64,000 bases of DNA from Candidatus Poribacteria bacterium (GTDB taxonomy: Bacteria; Poribacteria; WGA-4E; JAJDTR01), in assembly GCA_965222225.1 (NCBI GenBank), contig CBDCTK010000002.1, positions 2,912,001-2,976,000 on the forward strand, given 5' to 3'. Below, piece after piece: positions 11,901 to 20,586 of this stretch (position 1 is its first letter; every line of letters begins with the position of its first letter). The translations under genes and the position numbers were made by a program. A model generated the notes under the pieces. It ran no database searches. It saw only the letters and a list, made by a program, of their open reading frames with translations, and was not told the DNA's origin.

Positions 11901-13094
11901 GTTGAGTTCCTCCAACTGGAAGTTGTTGAAGGCTGCCGCGCGCAACTCGAGGTGCAGGTTGCCGCTGATATCCGATGATGTCCCCTTCGCTTCGAGGTTT
12001 ATCCGCGCATTCCCGGCGACCTCGAATCGGTCGGGGAGGAGATTTTGGAAGTCACCCAAATCAATATCCAAATCGATTCTGGTCTCCAGATAGCGCGACG
12101 CCTCCGTGAAATCGCGGACTTTTCCGGCAATCGCCAAGCGCGACTTCCCCATCGCAAGTTGCATCTCTTTCAACTCACCCTCGTCCGCGAGCAGCTTGAA
12201 CCGGGTTTTGAACTCATGAATCTTCGTCTTTACGCCATTTAGCTCGAAACTCCCATCTTGAATAGCCAAGTTTCCGGTGTGCTCCCACCGATCAAGCGGT
12301 CCTTCGACCCGACTTTGAATGCCGCTGACAGCAATCTTCAGATTACGTTCGCCGTCTTCATAGTTCACGTACCCATCGACAAACTCGATATTGGAGATTC
12401 CGAATTGGAACGGCAGGCTTGAATCCGATGTGGAATCGGTTTGCGGCGCAAGTGAAGTTAGGTTGAGCCGCCCATCCTCCCGCATACGAAGGTTGAACTC
12501 GGGTCGCATGAAACGCAGCTTGGTGATGTGGAATTTGCCGCCTATCAATCGCCAAAGATCGTATTTTAACACAATCTCTTCCGCGGAGATGAACGGGTGA
12601 TGTCGAAGAAGTCTATCCGAGATTTCAAACCGCTTGAGGCTCAAGCCCGTGAAGATGTCCCCGGAAAGATGGCCGATGCTGACAATGTATTTGAAGACAT
12701 TGAATAATCGGCGATCATCAAATCGCCAGTTTCCCGTCTCGTTGCCATCGCGCCTTATGGCGTATCGCCATTTGTGGTTTTTGTCAGAGACGACCCACTC
12801 TCCAAGTTTGTCAAGGAAGGCAACGGAGACGGCAGGGGAGAATTCGACGCCGTAGTCGGCAAATGCGGATTGCAACACCTCCGGAAGCCGCCCATTATCC
12901 AACGTTACGGCATGCAGATCCGCATACTCTACCGTAAATAGAAGAGGCTGTTCGAATTGCTGACCCAGCCGCGTTTCGAGGGTTGCGCGAATTTTTTCAA
13001 GGAGATAGGCGGAGCGCAGAAACACGACAGCGCCGATGATGAGGCAGATAGGAATTGTTGTGAGTAGTGCTATGACTATGTTTCGTCGGCTCAT
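5913..13094 (-). CDS. tamB: Translocation and assembly module TamB/AsmA-like protein (DUF490 C-terminus)
   Basis: About 2390 aa with an N-terminal TM anchor (MSRRNIVIALL..., likely start 13094) and long beta-taco repeats. The C-terminus '...IEVEYQIKRGLSVTGERSEHGKYGVDLKLEQRF' is typical of TamB. Confidence 0.85.
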   Translation of the reverse strand: MSRRNIVIALLTTIPICLIIGAVVFLRSAYLLEKIRATLETRLGQQFEQPLLFTVEYADLHAVTLDNGRLPEVLQSAFADYGVEFSPAVSVAFLDKLGEWVVSDKNHKWRYAIRRDGNETGNWRFDDRRLFNVFKYIVSIGHLSGDIFTGLSLKRFEISDRLLRHHPFISAEEIVLKYDLWRLIGGKFHITKLRFMRPEFNLRMREDGRLNLTSLAPQTDSTSDSSLPFQFGISNIEFVDGYVNYEDGERNLKIAVSGIQSRVEGPLDRWEHTGNLAIQDGSFELNGVKTKIHEFKTRFKLLADEGELKEMQLAMGKSRLAIAGKVRDFTEASRYLETRIDLDIDLGDFQNLLPDRFEVAGNARINLEAKGTSSDISGNLHLELRAAAFNNFQLEELNVNAEFNRNALKLTDVNGTLASGKLTAGLEARFGGLGRSLFSLMSISEQSPRDTTAQTPSSEENAESPIAYDGWAELEGANVEEILPVFIDLPEDFLTMTGILDSRLHISGSLPTTQEVSPQSEENPKSAIADSLTLTGGLKIDQATMNDVRIRVSEASFEIAGNQLQVAANLDDANIRVNGAAGLEGALNLDLEIRRIDTGKLMEIIRAPNLGGDATLRGKITSDVPLTGFLEIPEASLFDVPIGVLTANFHYRNGSVTLQPVRLSKGESLLTLDGVAQVEGDIPVEFRVRAHPFQISDYVRLLAGAEYPVEGVVTGNLALDGTLNGIDGRGRLNVADAKAWDLALDPLILPLVIEDYTVHVSDFEVFAREQRGVINFQITPELDYQLQFQSDPMRLKELAIARAIPEPDFLLDADLLVHATGEGNAANPRVDVNFDFSDITYDNHTIIPEGDGNRNSPEIRISGVFTENALRFEGIGFDGSSQIRGIIESTLGNPYQLFMRSNGINIGPILGIFHNALKEIPATANGTFQLSGTLLDLTQFTLDTSISSLALEVNGRRLTNAAPIRFGFIDNIWRVDSFSLANLEGKTVDTPFVTCCLTLDDQSIDFVAESRDFRLEPLCGVLDLPATLTGSASYKLIGAGSLANPELTLEWAIPELRVENAPVPIVVSEASGKVAYADQTLTVEPFNFLLTGVPVEAEATAAVDLDSLQSSTVDLRTYIVDFDLGSMNLEQLFEAIHDWQPTIKLSTEGQLNLDAHLTGTFSDPRVDASIGVTDAKVHVLDYPQPLENINLDLRVVGGDGTSDKLLTVTADTAAWQIGEGRYQAKANWQLPRTKTQTTLIDLFLSYAEGDSNEREEGESSLEGITIALPIRSLDPSFQLQLDGKGINLTDFARHFVNKIGSHEISEYLFSDKITRAIVDSRLELDGDGYSLDRISAQLTLDNLHVDFNNRDMLTVEPIRAELADGTFRINSFQIGSPSSMESNEAEENEDSVVANQSGNRPSPNIAKWADTRGWINLDGDLEFDFELTGFPFGALLPGMTVPLFNSTVGVEASLTGVAHVGGNIANPVIDAEWEAHGSVGDQLTSHFLEFTDTGQVEYRERVFEIKQTQLSGYGNHLRIQGTIPIDLRLQPHDLKDRFLDQPVNLEIRSQEADLSFLSRFQPQLETTSGIADINLKIRGTTAAPHLYGTASLQGGMVKFTNFDTPISDARLSLRVEQDELRVPEFRFEIGEGKYALNVYCDMNGLLPRTVEVRSFHAQQAQLSDFARNVLPAKMAANLTGHVTAQGHLSLPIERFVTAGDAPWLPKIILPLTPHNLASYAAGGLKVEELFINALDYEVRNLNPLECHLAAGQLNLADGFILQDQRVGIGEKERFTLVVENGQWSVSGKEAVIADDEAPYTGHYVLDMRTSNLNLGFVSDFLPDGYAVDGRLNSELHVRGTGENPEITCRWDTFNLSINRARVDECVGRIAYRNGKLHTEEPARFVIGSNRADFSGSIPLDLSLDRLHANLPTSNLPGQANTIEGRLDVFIEDLEFLPLIQKQVGFAEGSGSVNVTIGGEIDAPRLKGVANFADLAFDLPDANINVKNTDVTVDFTNEGFQIRHWEGVLNGGAYRADGYGTSNWHRVGYLDLTATLEGGSTFEDYGLYRITCGEVNLFMKGAVGGGESGNLMIANSADSVEGLPPIQGSVRILEGTYERHWQDLVNEWFDQAAKIHLEVWSDYPVMRDLRFDLDVHAPNDFRVISNLGKLDIEVSIDGKLSGRIQKPSFIGRVNLLPTSEFSLNGIIYRFTIEEGSFVENTNPYEFNPRYEINAKTLDPIERVQVISTDGSDHTRDVEIRAHFSGYLKQEEQRHHSQFYADVLYRGASEEYNLSQMQILFILATGDAARERSPLGASVPLIVRPSQQYLQNRLAQLIGMHEVVWDHDPTDIGKPRVLLSKEIFDRLLISYSSTLKIHGEPRIEVEYQIKRGLSVTGERSEHGKYGVDLKLEQRF
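9273..9318 (-). repeat. 35-bp micro-element plus a 3' remnant, inserted in-frame in tamB
   Basis: Reverse complement GTCGCTTGA GGGGATCACTATCG CGCT CCCT ATT CGGT CGCT TGAT, encoding SLEGITIALPIRSLD. Confidence 0.85.
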
Positions 13095-13156
13095 TGGTGT
13101 AAAGGAATGTCCGGTGACCTGTGACCAACAAAAACGGGTGTCTCTATTTTCCCCGT

Positions 13157-13999
13157 TTACTGGCGACAACCACCGACGAGTTCTTGATGCGCTTGATCTA
13201 CCATCTGCTCAACGAGGTTAAGCGCGAAGGATTGCGCTCTATGCCCATCCTCGTTAATCCAAAGGAGATATTCGATGTTGCCTGCGGGACCCCGGATAGG
13301 CGAGTGCGTAATTCCCAACACGGACATCTCCATCTCCCGGACAAATTGAATGAGGGTTCGGATAACGTTGAGGTGAATCTGTGGATCGCGAACGACGCCC
13401 CCCTTATTGACGTATTCTTTGCCTGCCTCGAATTGCGGCTTAATCAAGAGGATGAGGTCGCTCCCCGCTTCGACGCATCCCTTCACCGCGGGTAACATCG
13501 TGCGCAGCGAGATAAACGAAACGTCAACAACGCAAATCTCTACCGGGAGATCGAATAGCGTTCGATCTATCGCGCGGGCGTTGGTACGTTCGATAACTCC
13601 CACCCTCGAATCTTGGCGCAGTTTCCACGCCAATTGACCGTAGCCCACATCCACGGCATAGACGTGCCGCGCGCCGTTTTGGAGAAGGCAGTCCGTGAAT
13701 CCGCCGGTAGACGCCCCGACATCGAGCGCGGTTTTCCCCAAAACGTCCACATCGAAAACATGGAGCGCTTTCTCCAGCTTCAGCCCGCCGCGGCTCACAT
13801 ATCGGAGCGGTTGTTTTATCTCAATGCTCGCGTCTACCGGGACGCTCTGTCCCGGCTTGGAATGCAATTCACCTTCGACGAGGACTTCACCCGCAAGAAT
13901 AAGCCGCTTCGCTTGTTCTCGGCTATCGACAAGCTCCCGATCTGCGAGGAGTGTATCAAGCCGTTGTTTGTTAGGATTGTGGATCGTCGTAGGTTGCAT
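13157..13999 (-). CDS. tlyA: TlyA family rRNA 2'-O-methyltransferase
   Basis: S4 domain RLD..L....SRE.A; YVSRGGLKL; LDVGASTGGFTD; DVSFISL; LIKPQFE; SPIRG..GNIEY. Confidence 0.95.
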   Translation of the reverse strand: MQPTTIHNPNKQRLDTLLADRELVDSREQAKRLILAGEVLVEGELHSKPGQSVPVDASIEIKQPLRYVSRGGLKLEKALHVFDVDVLGKTALDVGASTGGFTDCLLQNGARHVYAVDVGYGQLAWKLRQDSRVGVIERTNARAIDRTLFDLPVEICVVDVSFISLRTMLPAVKGCVEAGSDLILLIKPQFEAGKEYVNKGGVVRDPQIHLNVIRTLIQFVREMEMSVLGITHSPIRGPAGNIEYLLWINEDGHRAQSFALNLVEQMVDQAHQELVGGCRQ

Positions 14000-14398
14000 A
14001 AAAACAGTGGCTAGTGGGGAAATCCATCTAAGAAGGGAATCGGCGATGTGATGATTGGAGATTCCGTTCTAGCGCTTAGAGCCTGTTTGAATAATTAGGT
14101 GTCAAAGCCATTTTTGGGCATCAGAGGCATTTAAGTTGCTACTACTTTGAAATTCTCAACCGTGATTTGATGATTGAAGATTGCTCCTACAGGACATACT
14201 TCATTAAGAAAAGGCTGGTGCGCAGTGCGCACCCTACATCGGCTATCGACAAGCTCCCGATCCGCGAGGAGTGTATCAAGCCGTTGTTTGTTAGGATTGT
14301 GGATCGTCGTAGGTTGCATAAAAACAGTGGCTAGTGGGGAAATCCATCTAAGAAGGGAATCGGCGATGTGATGATTAAAGATTCCATTCTAGCGCTTA
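13919..14398. repeat. 160-bp direct duplication of the tlyA 5' end and upstream region, flanking a 160-bp MITE/REP insert
   Basis: 13919-14078 matches 14239-14398 with about 4 mismatches. The insert 14079-14238 begins GAGCCTGTTTGAA and ends GCACCCTACA. Confidence 0.9.
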
Positions 14399-14547
14399 CA
14401 AAGGCTGATGTGAGAAGAAAACAAGAGGAGAATCAAGGAAGGGAATTTGAAAAGAGGAAATCGGGGATTGATGATTGCGAATCCCGGCACTTCTATAATC
14501 AGATGCGATTCCCTTTCTATCTGGCGGTATCCAATAGCCGGGAATAT

Positions 14548-14948
14548 TTATCGGCCCTCAACGCTGTCAGCTTTGCCATGTATTCGTTCCCTGATTTCCG
14601 CGCGTAAATCGTTTGCCACGCCGTCCATTTTATCTAGCACTTTCATTATGTCCGTATGGTGTGCGTCATAAAGCCCATCCATCCTGTCGCTGAGCTTGTC
14701 CATCCTGTCGTCGAGTTTGCTCATTTTGCAGAGAGCCTATCTGCGAGACTCCCCATGTCTGCGCTGAGCCTGTCTGCGAGATTCTTCATGTCTGCGCGCA
14801 GTTTGTCATTTAATCTGTACATATCGGCTCTGAGTTCCGATATGTCCTTTTTTGTTGCCATGCTCGTAGTAAGTTTCCACCACAATGCGGCAATCCCGAC
14901 CAGCGGCGCAATAACTGGCGCGATAACTTTAATCCATTCTTCCATCAC
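14548..14948 (-). pseudogene. Small TM + coiled-coil (Bdr/DUF1640-like) protein, frameshifted
   Basis: MEEWIKVIAPVIAPLVGIAALWW...ATKKDISELRADM. At GCA AAA TGA, one extra A restores ...AKMSKLDDRMDKLSDRMDG...VEGR* ending at 14548. Confidence 0.65.
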
Positions 14949-14987
14949 TTTTCTCCTTTAGGGGTCAGCGGTTGGACTAGAATTTCA

Positions 14988-15016
14988 ATTATAACACCGT
15001 CGCAGCCGATTTTCAA
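14988..15016 (-). promoter_or_regulatory. Sigma70-like promoter
   Basis: TTGAAA-17 bp-TATAAT on the minus strand, 40 bp upstream of the 14948 ATG. Confidence 0.55.
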
Positions 15017-15090
15017 CCTCTGCCTATCAACCACAGGACAATCGCATCCAATTATGGGTAGTAGAAACGTCTTCTACCTCGCTTGACCGC

Positions 15091-16950
15091 TCACTTCCCT
15101 ACAAGCTTCCGCCCTTCGCGCACAACCGCTTCCTCGTCACAACCACACAGGCTGTACAGCGTCTTCACATCGCCGTGCTCAATGAACTGATCCGGGATAC
15201 CGAGACGCCTCACTTGAACGCCTTGAATCCCCCGATGCGCGAGCGCCTCCAACACCGCGCTTCCAAAGCCACCCATCAGCACGCCGTCCTCAATCGTAAT
15301 AACCCGCCCGATTCTTTCCGCCAGCGACACAATCAACTCCTCGTCAAGCGGTTTGACGAAACGCGCATTGACGACGGCAGCGGAGATTCCGAAATCCGCC
15401 AACACGTCCGCGGCTTCGACAGCGGGATACACACGATTCCCGATGGCGACAATCAGCAGATCTTCGCCCTCGCGGAGGACTTCTCCCTTCCCGATAGGCA
15501 ACGCCTGCGATTCATTCTGCATGGGAACGCCAATCCCTGCACCGCGGGGATAACGAAAGGCGATTGGTCCATCCTCGTACTCAACGGCGGTGCTTACCAT
15601 GTGTTGCAGTTCATCTTCATCTTTGGGCGCCATCGCCACCATGTTCGGCAACGAGCGCAAATAGGCGTAGTCGAACACGCCGTGATGGGTGGGACCGTCG
15701 GCGCCCACAAGCCCGGCGCGGTCCAAGACGAAGGTCACGGGCAAGTTTTGGATACAAACATCGTGAATCACCTGATCATAAGCGCGTTGCAGGAAGGTGG
15801 AATAAACGGCGACAACCGGCTTGATTCCCTGAGTCGCCAACCCGGCGGCGAAGGTGACGGCGCACTGTTCAGCCAGACCCACATCGAAGAACCGTTTGGG
15901 GAACGCCTCTTGGAACTTGTCCAATCCGGTGCCGCTGGGCATTGCCGCGGTCACACCCACAATTCGAGAGTCGCCCTTTGCCAGTTTGATTAACGTTTGA
16001 CTGAACACATCGGTATACGCGGGTACTGAGGATTTGGCGGCGATAAACTTGCCGGTCTGAACATCGAGTTTGCCGCTGAGGCTATAGAATCCCACAGGAT
16101 CGGTTTCGGCGGGGGCGTACCCTTTCCCTTTCCGAGTGCTGACATGCAACAGAATCGGACCTTGCAGCGCCTTGACGCCCTCAAGTACCGGCAACACGGC
16201 TTCAAGGTCGTTGCCGTCGAGGGGCCCGAAGTACCGAAAACCGAACTCCTCGAACAGCGTGCCCGGCTTGAGCGCAGCTTCTATCTTCCGCGCCACGAGT
16301 TTGGCGTCGGGCGAGATGAAATCCATGAACTCTTTGGCTCCGGATCTGAGGACATTGTACGCCTTGTTGCTCGTGAGCCGATTAAAGTATTTCGAGAACG
16401 CCCCGACGGTCGCGGATATCGACATCTGGTTATCGTTGAGCACCACGATCATATCGGTCCGGAAATCGCCCGCGGCATTCAGCGCCTCGAACGCCATGCC
16501 TCCCGTAAGTCCGCCGTCACCGATCACGGCGACAACTTTGTAATTCTCCTTGTTGATTTCCCGTGCGGTGGCGATTCCTAGCGCGGCGGCGAGTGAGGTG
16601 CTCGAATGACCCGCGCCGAACACATCGTACTCGCTCTCTTCTCGGCTCAAAAAGCCGCTGATGCCCCCGTATTCGCGCACGGTCGGGAACTGATCGCGCC
16701 TTCCGGTCAATAGCTTGTGGGGATAGGCTTGGTGCCCGATATCCCAGATGACCCGATCGCGCGGGGTGTCAAAAACGCGATGAAGCGCGATGGCAAGTTC
16801 AATCGTTCCAAAGTTTGGCGCAAAATGCCCCGGGTGTTCGGACAGTACGGCGAGCATATATTCGCGAATCTCCTGAGCCAGAGTTTTCAACTCTGCGAGG
16901 CTTAATGATTTCAGATTCGCGGGACTGTCGATTTTTTCGAGTATCATCAA
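15091..16950 (-). CDS. dxs: 1-deoxy-D-xylulose-5-phosphate synthase
   Basis: WDIGHQAYPHKLLTGR, GHSSTS, GDGGLTGGMAFEALN, LNDNQMSI, DVGLAEQ, YSTFLQRAYDQ, DRAGLVGADGPTHHG. Confidence 0.97.
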   Translation of the reverse strand: MMILEKIDSPANLKSLSLAELKTLAQEIREYMLAVLSEHPGHFAPNFGTIELAIALHRVFDTPRDRVIWDIGHQAYPHKLLTGRRDQFPTVREYGGISGFLSREESEYDVFGAGHSSTSLAAALGIATAREINKENYKVVAVIGDGGLTGGMAFEALNAAGDFRTDMIVVLNDNQMSISATVGAFSKYFNRLTSNKAYNVLRSGAKEFMDFISPDAKLVARKIEAALKPGTLFEEFGFRYFGPLDGNDLEAVLPVLEGVKALQGPILLHVSTRKGKGYAPAETDPVGFYSLSGKLDVQTGKFIAAKSSVPAYTDVFSQTLIKLAKGDSRIVGVTAAMPSGTGLDKFQEAFPKRFFDVGLAEQCAVTFAAGLATQGIKPVVAVYSTFLQRAYDQVIHDVCIQNLPVTFVLDRAGLVGADGPTHHGVFDYAYLRSLPNMVAMAPKDEDELQHMVSTAVEYEDGPIAFRYPRGAGIGVPMQNESQALPIGKGEVLREGEDLLIVAIGNRVYPAVEAADVLADFGISAAVVNARFVKPLDEELIVSLAERIGRVITIEDGVLMGGFGSAVLEALAHRGIQGVQVRRLGIPDQFIEHGDVKTLYSLCGCDEEAVVREGRKLVGK

Positions 16951-17155
16951 TAGACTCCATGACAGGTTGAGACAACCGTCAAATTATACCATTTCTCTAA
17001 AATTCAAGTGCATTGATTGCGTGGGTCAAGTAAAGAAACTTATTTGGATCGGAGTAAGAGGCCTTGTCTCCACGCAAAGTGGGCGGGGGAAGGGGATCTC
17101 TATCGCATTCGCTATTCGCTCATTTGATCGTCGCTGGTGCGTTCAAAGGCTGGTG

Positions 17156-17727
17156 CGCAGTGCGCACCCTACAAGATGGCAATTCGGAATTGTACTTTTG
17201 TACAAAGTCGAGCTTAGGGCCTGTTTGAATAATAGGTGGCAAAGCAATTTCGGTCACTTTGGGCGCGGCTTTTTCATGCTTTTGTGGTCGCCTGCTATAC
17301 ACCTGTCAGGATTTCTATCGTATTCGCTATTCGCTCGCTTGATCCCACGCTGGGGCTTTCAAAGGCTGGTAGGATCTCTATCGCGCTCATTATTCATTCG
17401 CTTGATCGCAGTGCGCACCCTACAAGATGGCAATTCGGAATTGTACTTTTGTACAAAGTCGAGCTTAGGGCCTGTTTGAATAATAGGTGGCAAAGCAATT
17501 TCGGTCACTTTGGGCGCGGCTTTTTCATGCTTTTGTGGTCGCCTGCTATACACCTGTCAGGATTTCTATCGTATTCGCTATTCGCTCGCTTGATCCCACG
17601 CTGGGGCTTTCAAAGGCTGGTAGGATCTCTATCGCGCTCATTATTCATTCGCTTGATCGCAGTGCGCACCCTACAAGATGGCAATTTGGAATTGTACTTT
17701 CGTACAAAGTCAAGCTTAGGGCCTGTT
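17156..17727 (+). repeat. Tandem repeat with a 251-bp unit (2.3 copies), built from REP + MITE end + two 35-bp elements
   Basis: Units start at 17156, 17407 and 17658; units 1 and 2 look identical. A further 35-bp element lies at 17093-17128. Confidence 0.9.
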
Positions 17728-17766
17728 GGTAACGACATTCGGGGGCCGAAGGACAGTCAAACTCGC

Positions 17767-18060
17767 CTAGAAGGGGATGACGTCCTCCGTTTCCGAGGCG
17801 GCTTCGGATTCCGCACCTTGAGCCGCTTCACCTTCACTTTCGGTCAGTGACGTATCCGGATCGCTCTCCTCATCCTCAACCAGTCGCCGTACCCGCAACT
17901 CCGCCTCCTCAAGCGTCTTGCGGCACAACCGCGTCAATCGAACACCCTCCTCGAACGCCGCCAAAGATTCATCCAACGTCAACGAATCCCCACGTTCAAG
18001 CCGATCGACCACGTCTTCAAGCTGTTTTAGAGTTTCCTCAAACGTCAATTCTTCAGACAT
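17767..18060 (-). CDS. xseB: Exodeoxyribonuclease VII small subunit
   Basis: TFEETLKQLEDVVDRLERGDSLTLDESLAAFEEGVRL...LEEAELRV. Confidence 0.95.
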   Translation of the reverse strand: MSEELTFEETLKQLEDVVDRLERGDSLTLDESLAAFEEGVRLTRLCRKTLEEAELRVRRLVEDEESDPDTSLTESEGEAAQGAESEAASETEDVIPF

Positions 18061-18219
18061 AAGTGTTCCTTTTCAGCATCTCTCAATATTAGGGTTCATC
18101 TTCTGAAACGAACCAACCTGTAGTGTGGAAGATTGGAAGGATGAAAGAACGGAAGAAAAAGACATTCGAAGAGGAAACATTGGTGATTTGACGATGGTAG
18201 AATCTTCTTTGTAGAAAGC

Positions 18220-19515
18220 TCATTGATTTATCGTGTTCTCCGTCCGCTTCTCGACCACCTCACACCTCAACGCGCCGCGCGAGAGCCGAACGTCAAGCGC
18301 CTCGCCATCCTCCGTCTGCGACGCATCGGTAATCACTTCACCATTCTTACGCTGACAAACACTGTAACCCCGCGCCAGCGTCGCGATCGGATTCAACGCC
18401 GCCAACTGCGCCGACACGACCTTCCACTTCTCCATACCGGTATTGACGCGTTGCGCCGCAAGTTGCTTGAGGGGCGCGGCAAAACCGTCCAATTCGCCGC
18501 TTGCATCCGTCAGCCGCTGTTTCATCTCTCGATGGCTCTGCATCTCAAGCCGATCAATCGTTTGGTAAAACCGATTGATAGCATCTATCCGCTGACCGGG
18601 TACGATACGGTTGTCCATGTTTGACAATTCGGTTCGGGCGGAGGCGATACATGCCATTATACTTCGCTCAAGCCGAGCTTCAAAATTATAAACGTGCCGC
18701 CGAAGCTCTGCTCGATCCGGAACAATCAACTCGACCGCAGCCGACGGGGTTGGAGCGCGTTTGTCAGCCACGAAATCGGATATGGTGAAGTCCGTTTCGT
18801 GCCCGACAGCCGAAACGATGGGGATCTCCGAGGCAAAAATGGCGCGGGCGACAATTTCCTCGTTGAACGCCCACAAATCCTCAATCGACCCTCCACCTCT
18901 GCCGACGATTAGGAGATCGATACCCGAAAAGCGGTTCATTCGTTCGATCGCTCGCGCAATCATGGGCGCCGCCTCGTCTCCCTGCACAAGCGTCGGGCAC
19001 AGGACGACTTCGACCAATGGATACCTTTTGCTCAACATCCGGAGGATGTCTTGCACCGCAGCCCCTGTCTCCGACGTGATAACGCCAATCTTCCGAGGAA
19101 ACTCTGGCAACGGTTTTTTGTGGTCGGGATCGAACAACCCCTCCTCCGCAAGTTGCTCTTTGAGCCGTTCAAAAGCCAACTGCAGCGCGCCGACACCAGC
19201 AGGCTCCATCCGATCGCCGATAATCTGGTATTCCCCGCGTGCCTCATAGATACCAAGACGCCCATTCAGCAAAACCGCGTCTCCGTCTTTCGGGGGAAAT
19301 TTCAGTCGCATGGCGGCTTGACGAAACATAGCGCAACTTATCTGGCTTTGGTCGTCCTTCAGTTTGAAATAGATGTGCCCCGATCTCGGACGTGCAATGC
19401 CCGAAATCTCGCCCTCAATCCAGCAGTCTTGGAACCTCGGTTCCGACTCGACGACATTCCGCAGAATCGCCGTGATTTCACTAACGGTGTATGTCTTTTT
19501 ATCGGGAAACATCAT
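18220..19515 (-). CDS. xseA: Exodeoxyribonuclease VII large subunit
   Basis: GEIS...SGHIYFKLKD, IGVITSETGAAVQD, VQGDEA, GRGGGSIEDLWAFNEE, SAVGHETD, RAPTPSAA, LARGYS. Confidence 0.97.
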   Translation of the reverse strand: MMFPDKKTYTVSEITAILRNVVESEPRFQDCWIEGEISGIARPRSGHIYFKLKDDQSQISCAMFRQAAMRLKFPPKDGDAVLLNGRLGIYEARGEYQIIGDRMEPAGVGALQLAFERLKEQLAEEGLFDPDHKKPLPEFPRKIGVITSETGAAVQDILRMLSKRYPLVEVVLCPTLVQGDEAAPMIARAIERMNRFSGIDLLIVGRGGGSIEDLWAFNEEIVARAIFASEIPIVSAVGHETDFTISDFVADKRAPTPSAAVELIVPDRAELRRHVYNFEARLERSIMACIASARTELSNMDNRIVPGQRIDAINRFYQTIDRLEMQSHREMKQRLTDASGELDGFAAPLKQLAAQRVNTGMEKWKVVSAQLAALNPIATLARGYSVCQRKNGEVITDASQTEDGEALDVRLSRGALRCEVVEKRTENTINQ

Positions 19516-19612
19516 TGTGTTTTATTTTCATTAATATTTACATATATTGATTGCATGTTACGCGATTTGACAATTGAAGATTGCTGCGACAAACCATTTG
19601 CCTGTAGGAGCG

Positions 19613-19676
19613 ATCAAAGGAATGAATAATGACTGCGATAGAGAACTCTATCGCGTTCCCTATTCGGTCACTTGAT
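19613..19676. repeat. Two divergent 35-bp micro-elements fused at their 5' ends; the right one overlaps the ymdB stop
   Basis: ATCAAAGGAATGAATAATGACTG-CGATAGAG-AA-CTCTATCG-CGTTCCCTATTCGGTCACTTGAT. Confidence 0.85.
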
Positions 19677-20460
19677 CCTCCAAAGGCACCCGAATCCGCT
19701 CAATGGACAGCGCCTTCCCCGTATCATCATCTACCTCAATCACGACGCCGCAAAGTATAACGTCCCTCTTCGCCACATTATGCCGTATCGGAAGCATGGT
19801 GGTGAAATGGTAGAGCACATCCTCTTTTCGGGTGCCGATGACGGAATCATGGGGGCCTGTCATTCCAACGTCGGTGATGTATGCCGTACCGCCCGGGAGA
19901 ACCCGCTCATCCGCGGTTTGAACGTGCGTATGCGTCCCAACCACCGCCGCCACCCGCCCGTCGGCGTGCCAGCCCATGGCTATCTTTTCGGCGGTTGCCT
20001 CCGCGTGGAAATCCAAAAACAGACAAGCAACCTTCTCCCGAATCTCGGGCAAAATCTCGTCAAGCGTTTGAAAGGGATTGTCGAACCCTCCCATATAGAC
20101 TTGACCGGCGATATTTATCACGCCTAGCCGGTCTCCGCAGGAATTTGAAACCACTGTCCAGCCGCAGCCGGGAGCGCTTTTCGGATAATTTGCGGGCCGC
20201 ACGAGATTCGACTGATTGTCTATGAACGTCAGAATTTCACGCTGCGCCCAAACATGGTTGCCGGTTGTAATCGCATGAACACCCGCCCCCGATAGCTCAT
20301 TAACAATCGCTTTTGTTAACCCTTTGCCTCCCGCGGCGTTCTCGCCGTTCACCACAGCGAAGCTGAAACGCCCGTAACGCTCCGACAGTAGTGGGAGCAG
20401 CGTCAAAACTGCTTTTCGCCCCGGCTGTCCGACAATATCTCCAACGAACAATATCTTCAT
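19660..20460 (-). CDS. ymdB: YmdB/TIGR00282 metallophosphoesterase
   Basis: MKILFVGDIVG.PGR, NGENAAGGKG, TTGNH, RPANYP, DFHAEATAEK, GTHTHVQTAD, TDVGMTG. Confidence 0.95.
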   Translation of the reverse strand: MKILFVGDIVGQPGRKAVLTLLPLLSERYGRFSFAVVNGENAAGGKGLTKAIVNELSGAGVHAITTGNHVWAQREILTFIDNQSNLVRPANYPKSAPGCGWTVVSNSCGDRLGVINIAGQVYMGGFDNPFQTLDEILPEIREKVACLFLDFHAEATAEKIAMGWHADGRVAAVVGTHTHVQTADERVLPGGTAYITDVGMTGPHDSVIGTRKEDVLYHFTTMLPIRHNVAKRDVILCGVVIEVDDDTGKALSIERIRVPLEDQVTE

Positions 20461-20513
20461 AATAGTGATGCGTTGCAGAGGAATAGCAGAAACCGAGTTT
20501 TCAAGAAGAACAA

Positions 20514-20578
20514 GAAATCTCTATCGCACAGGATTTTCTATCGGGAGTTCTATCGCCTTCCTAATCCAGTCAGTTGAT
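20514..20578 (+). repeat. 35-bp micro-element preceded by two stacked 5' ends
   Basis: GAAATCTCTATCGCAC / AGGATTTTCTATC / GGGAGTTCTATCG CCTT CCTA ATC CAGT CAGT TGAT. Confidence 0.8.
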
Positions 20579-20586
20579 CGGTTTCG

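Noticed and set aside
14131-14319. A second tlyA gene
   Set aside because: Only 27 duplicated codons fused to repeat sequence.
16967-17850. ORFs 16967-17479 and 17236-17850 as repeat proteins
   Set aside because: They are translations of the non-coding 251-bp tandem unit and lie antisense to the operon.
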